A model generated the notes under the pieces. The model had not been told where the DNA came from. It searched no databases and was given only the letters and a program-made list of their open reading frames with translations. A stretch of 64,000 nucleotides of DNA. Source: Oculina patagonica (lineage: Eukaryota). The stretch is taken from the NCBI RefSeq assembly GCF_052425735.1, contig NC_135767.1, positions 10,292,001 to 10,356,000 of the forward strand, read 5' to 3'. Made by a program: the position numbers and the translations under genes. Shown piece after piece: positions 60,040 through 64,000 of the stretch; position 1 is the first letter of the stretch, and each line of letters begins with the position of its first letter.

Positions 60040-62684
60040 CTGTTCATTCCATTTTCAATTTCTTTCATTTCATTAAATCCCTCGTTTCAATAATATTATG
60101 AACATTGGAAAACTGACAATCACCATCCAAACTGAAAAAAAAAAAACAATATGAATGCACTAATGTTCGGAGCAGGGCAATATTTATTTATCCTATAGCA
60201 ATCTCGTATAGTATTTTTTAGTGTTTACTGTATGTTCTTCGTTGTATGTGTTTGTACCAACTTTCTTTGATTCCCGCCTGTCAGTACCTATATATTGCCT
60301 GCCAGTAAGTCATTACCCAAAGAGAAGAGTCATATTTCACATTTTAGTTATTTTATTTCATTACCTAGGACCATCACCTATATAAATAGTTTGGTTTCTA
60401 TGAAGTACGGTGCCCACCACTCAGTGGTGAATAATTGCCTGGAACATTATCATTACAACTGAAACCATAACATAACGTATGTGTTTTATTCTTGTCGCAT
60501 CTGCTGCTTTGGTAAAAATGACTTTTTGCAATCTCATTTATTTCTTATCTCTGTTTTCCTTATTTACGTTCGCATTAACAACGCCCAGTTAAACTAGGAA
60601 CCCGGACTGTTGAACTACTTAGGCCGGAGGCATACATTTCAGTAGCTGCCTACGCAGACGTTCTTTTGGCGATGAGCCAAGAACGGCGGCGTAGGAGGCT
60701 AACATTTCAGCTGTCCGTTAAAACTCGGACTTATTGATGCCTTTTGTCAGTTGGAATTCTGACTGTTAGTGAATAGTCATTTAATTCAATACAGACCCAG
60801 GAGCCCTACCCTACTAAAACTGTCAATGCGTATTCCTGAACTTGCAGGTCATGTGAACCAGATTTCAGGTGCCCGCATTCTTCTGGTTATAAAGACACCA
60901 GGTCTTTGTTTCTAATATCTTTTTTGTTGTGAAATTCAAAATCTACAATTAATCTACAGGCGCCAGAAAGCGCTTAACGCTAATACGCGATTTCTTCTTT
61001 ATTTACAATGCCCAAAACCTACCTTTTTATTCTAACAAAACATGAACAAAAACTGAATTGTGACTCTAGTTTATAAGTTCTGATCACTTATTTTAGCAAT
61101 TGAAGCAGATTTTTCACATGAAAAGGTTTAAGAGCAAATGAACCACGTACTTAATGTATGCATCACTTTTGAAAGGAATACTAATATCCCCGTTCACACA
61201 ACAACATCAACATGTCAGAAATTGGTTTGAAATTATTTGTATATATAAATGTTGCTTACGATTACGATTAACTAACTAGAGAGTTTCATGTATAATTAGT
61301 TCTTTGGGAAATTTGCTATAACTAAACCTGTTCAACTGATGTGAGCGGGGTATAAATACGAAATAGATTGGCCTGATTGTTTTTTGTAAATTATACCTCT
61401 TATGAGAGGTGGATCGTCATAATATTCTTTGATACAATTTTTCTAAACACGGAGACCAGCTGCTTAGATTACCTCGGGGGGGGGGGGGGGGGGGGGGGCT
61501 ATAATAACTTAAAAGAGGCAGCTGCAAAATAGTCGCGATAGACCAATTGGTTACTTCATATAACAGTCACAAGGTTAGCAGAAAGTAGCGTTAATCTTCG
61601 ACATTGTCGATCACTTCTCAATTCTTACCATCTTAGGCAATGCCAAATTTTATCACAGTTTTACTGACTAAGTTTATTATCTGAGCTCTAAGTTGTTTTG
61701 GTTAATTTACCGTCGTTTTATATTAAGCAGCTGACGTTTCGAGGGTCAGCACTCTTTTGGAGCACTTGGTTGCCACGCATGAAGAAAATAAAAGCTCTCT
61801 GACTTTTCACTGATTAAAAAACAAATTTCACTGACTATAATATGACTGACCAAATGAAAAGTAACCATTGTCCCCTTTTTAACTGAAAATTAATTTTCGA
61901 TGAGCATGATTACACGGTACGCTCATTATCAAAACTTGCAACAACTTAAAAATAAAATTCCTAACTTCGACAAGACATATAGAATCCATCTGACCAGATA
62001 CTAATTGCCGGGCAAGTGGCAACCTTGAACTACTCTGATAAGGAGCCAACGCTCAAAAAATGCCTGTAATCAAAGTATTTCAAAATGTATTTTGATTACA
62101 AAATGCTTTCAACTTGCCAACCTCCAACTACATTTTTAATTCTTCGGTTGATATCAGCACTTGTAACTGTTGAATTTATTAAGTTTTTTCCATTACTACT
62201 CCATTCAAAATATTTTTTTAGACTGCTGTGGCTGTTAGCGTAAGTAACCAATGGTCAAAAAGAAGCCGTAAGAATTTGACACGCTACTTTAAACTGTTTG
62301 GATAACAAGACTACAGCTTGTCCTAGCTCAGCCTGTCCTAACTCAGCCCGTCACGGACGCTCTAAAAAGCCTGATATGCATGCGTCCGAGTGGCTGTATT
62401 TTATGATAACATGTTAATATTACTTTCTGTATGTTTACCAAACAACTAGAGTGAATAAAACAAAACTTGCAGTCATTTTCCTACATGATTCTACAAAATA
62501 GCACATTCTCAGTTTCTCATGTCTATAGATGAAACGCCACCAATAATCCGAGGTGATAAGACACGTAGGACAGGACTGTTCGACTCCAGCGTAATTCATC
62601 TTGATGATTTTTCATCAAACCTCACGTGACACGAGTTCCACTCTTCTTGTGCCATGGAAGTTCTCATTTGCAATCCAGCAGAAT

Positions 62685-63616
62685 TTATGCATACCTTTGT
62701 TCTTGTTCGTCCTCGTCGAATTTTAAACGTTGGCATCTGTGTTTCTTCAGACCCCATCTTGTTGTTTTGTAGGGGGTACATGTGAGCCCTTCGTCGCAAG
62801 GACAATCTCTAAGACCAGGCTGAAATGGTAAGAAAGAAAACACTAAATTCAAGTAAACTGCATGGTAAGTGATTTTCAGACTGTTCTGGGCTTAAATTTC
62901 TCCCGGTCTAGAAAACCTTCTCTGCAATAGCGGAAAACTGTCAAGTTTTGTTTTTGTTTTGTTTTGTTTTTGTAAGATATTGTGATTTCAGTTTTTCTAC
63001 GTGACTACTAGCTACTACTAGAAGCACATCGGCTATACATGTAGATCAGTGGATGTTCGTTAGGGTAAATCGACTGATCAAGAGCTTGGCCTGAAACTCC
63101 TGGTCTTTTTTTGTTTTTTTGTGACTATTACTTACCTGACACAAAGAAATGCTTAGTTTGATAAAGTGCCACATGGCTAATAAACATTTCTGTTCATATT
63201 TTTGGCACTCTAAGTAAGTAAGCTTTCAGACCCTAAACCCCTTTAAAAATTTATTTTTTAATATTTTTTTTTTTTTTCCGCGGAGCCGCTTATCGGGGCG
63301 CAACATTTCTCCTAGTCTGCGGCGAGCAATCTCCCTTTTGTTTTAAATTCCGTGGGGGCGAACGCGAAAACAGCTCTCTCCGATATACAAGCGGTAAAGC
63401 CGCGAGCGGCGAGTAACTCGGGCCGGCCCGCGCGTATTTATCGTGCAGGAATTGCGACAGTCTACTTACCAAAAGAACAGGCCTGCATCTGTGTCCTTTT
63501 TGTGGTCTTCGCTTGCAATATCCTTTAGTACTACTGTATCTTATACAACATTCGTCTTTTTTGCATTCGTTCCAATTTCTACATTTCCTCTTTGGGTATG
63601 AATGTACATCTTGGTA
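62685..63616 (-). CDS. Prokineticin/AVIT/colipase-fold 10-Cys secreted protein, last two exons (63470-63616, 62685-62819); 5' exon probably beyond the window
   Basis: YQDVHSYPKRKCRNWNECKKDECCIRYSSTKGYCKRRPQKGHRCRPVLL | PGLRDCPCDEGLTCTPYKTTRWGLKKHRCQRLKFDEDEQEQRYA*. Ten Cys in the C-x5-C-x4-CC...C...G-x2-C...CPCxxGLxC...C pattern. Donor TTG|GTAAGT, acceptors ttgcag and tttcag, phase 0. Confidence 0.85.
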
Positions 63617-64000
63617 CTGCAATGTCACAAATAATGATAACATTAGATACGAGATGCCAGGTGATGTACAATTTATAAAGTACTTTGTGTATATAGTCTG
63701 ATTTAGTACTTTTAATATTAGTTAGGACCTTTTTGAAAGCCACTGTATATAGTGAATGAAGGCTTTCTAATAAAAGGTTATTATTATTTAGTGGTAGTTT
63801 GTTTCAACCAGTTCCCAGTTGAACGCTGTAAAAGTTGTCGTTCAAGATGAGAGGTATTTCTGTTATTGCTAGTTAGTATGGAAAGTGAAACAATTTGTTC
63901 TTTTGACGCAACAATGCAGAAGCAAAATCCCTGCAGCAAGACAGTTACTTTGATAAGCGAACGGTCACCAAAAAATAAAAAAGCATGACCTTGCATGATG

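Noticed and set aside
63136-63176. Possible 41-nt cassette exon (perfect CAG|GTAAGT donor) in the prokineticin-like intron
   Set aside because: Weak acceptor, and it introduces a stop and frameshift. No support without RNA data.
63784-63996. 70-aa ORF as the signal-peptide exon of the prokineticin-like gene
   Set aside because: No convincing phase-0 donor and a poor signal-peptide pattern. The first exon is probably outside the window.

Overview
AT-rich, intron-containing eukaryotic DNA. The repeat families, SINEs and GPCR types suggest an anthozoan cnidarian such as a stony coral (inference). 1-5.85 kb is a G-rich GAATAGG/GAATGAG satellite holding three co-oriented, 5'-truncated RTEX-like LINE copies from two subfamilies. 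Two intronless-CDS rhodopsin-class orphan GPCRs (6.2-7.2 kb +, 34.1-35.2 kb -) bracket the main discovery: four small paralogous secreted-peptide precursor genes (about 9.6-26 kb), two of them absent from the ORF track. Each has a signal peptide, a C-R-P-G-x-M-x-C ring and a G-R or G-K-R amidation/cleavage site, so each could yield a cyclic amidated neuropeptide-like peptide of a family I do not recognise. By hand-splicing I also built a 4-exon UPF0547/C16orf87-like zinc-ribbon gene (27.3-30.1 kb), a secreted 6-Cys inhibitor-cystine-knot-like precursor (48.4-53.4 kb) and the 3' exons of a 10-Cys prokineticin/colipase-fold secreted protein (62.7-63.6 kb, -). The rest is MITEs, SINEs, micro/minisatellites and one assembly gap. 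All gene models were read by eye and need RNA-seq confirmation.
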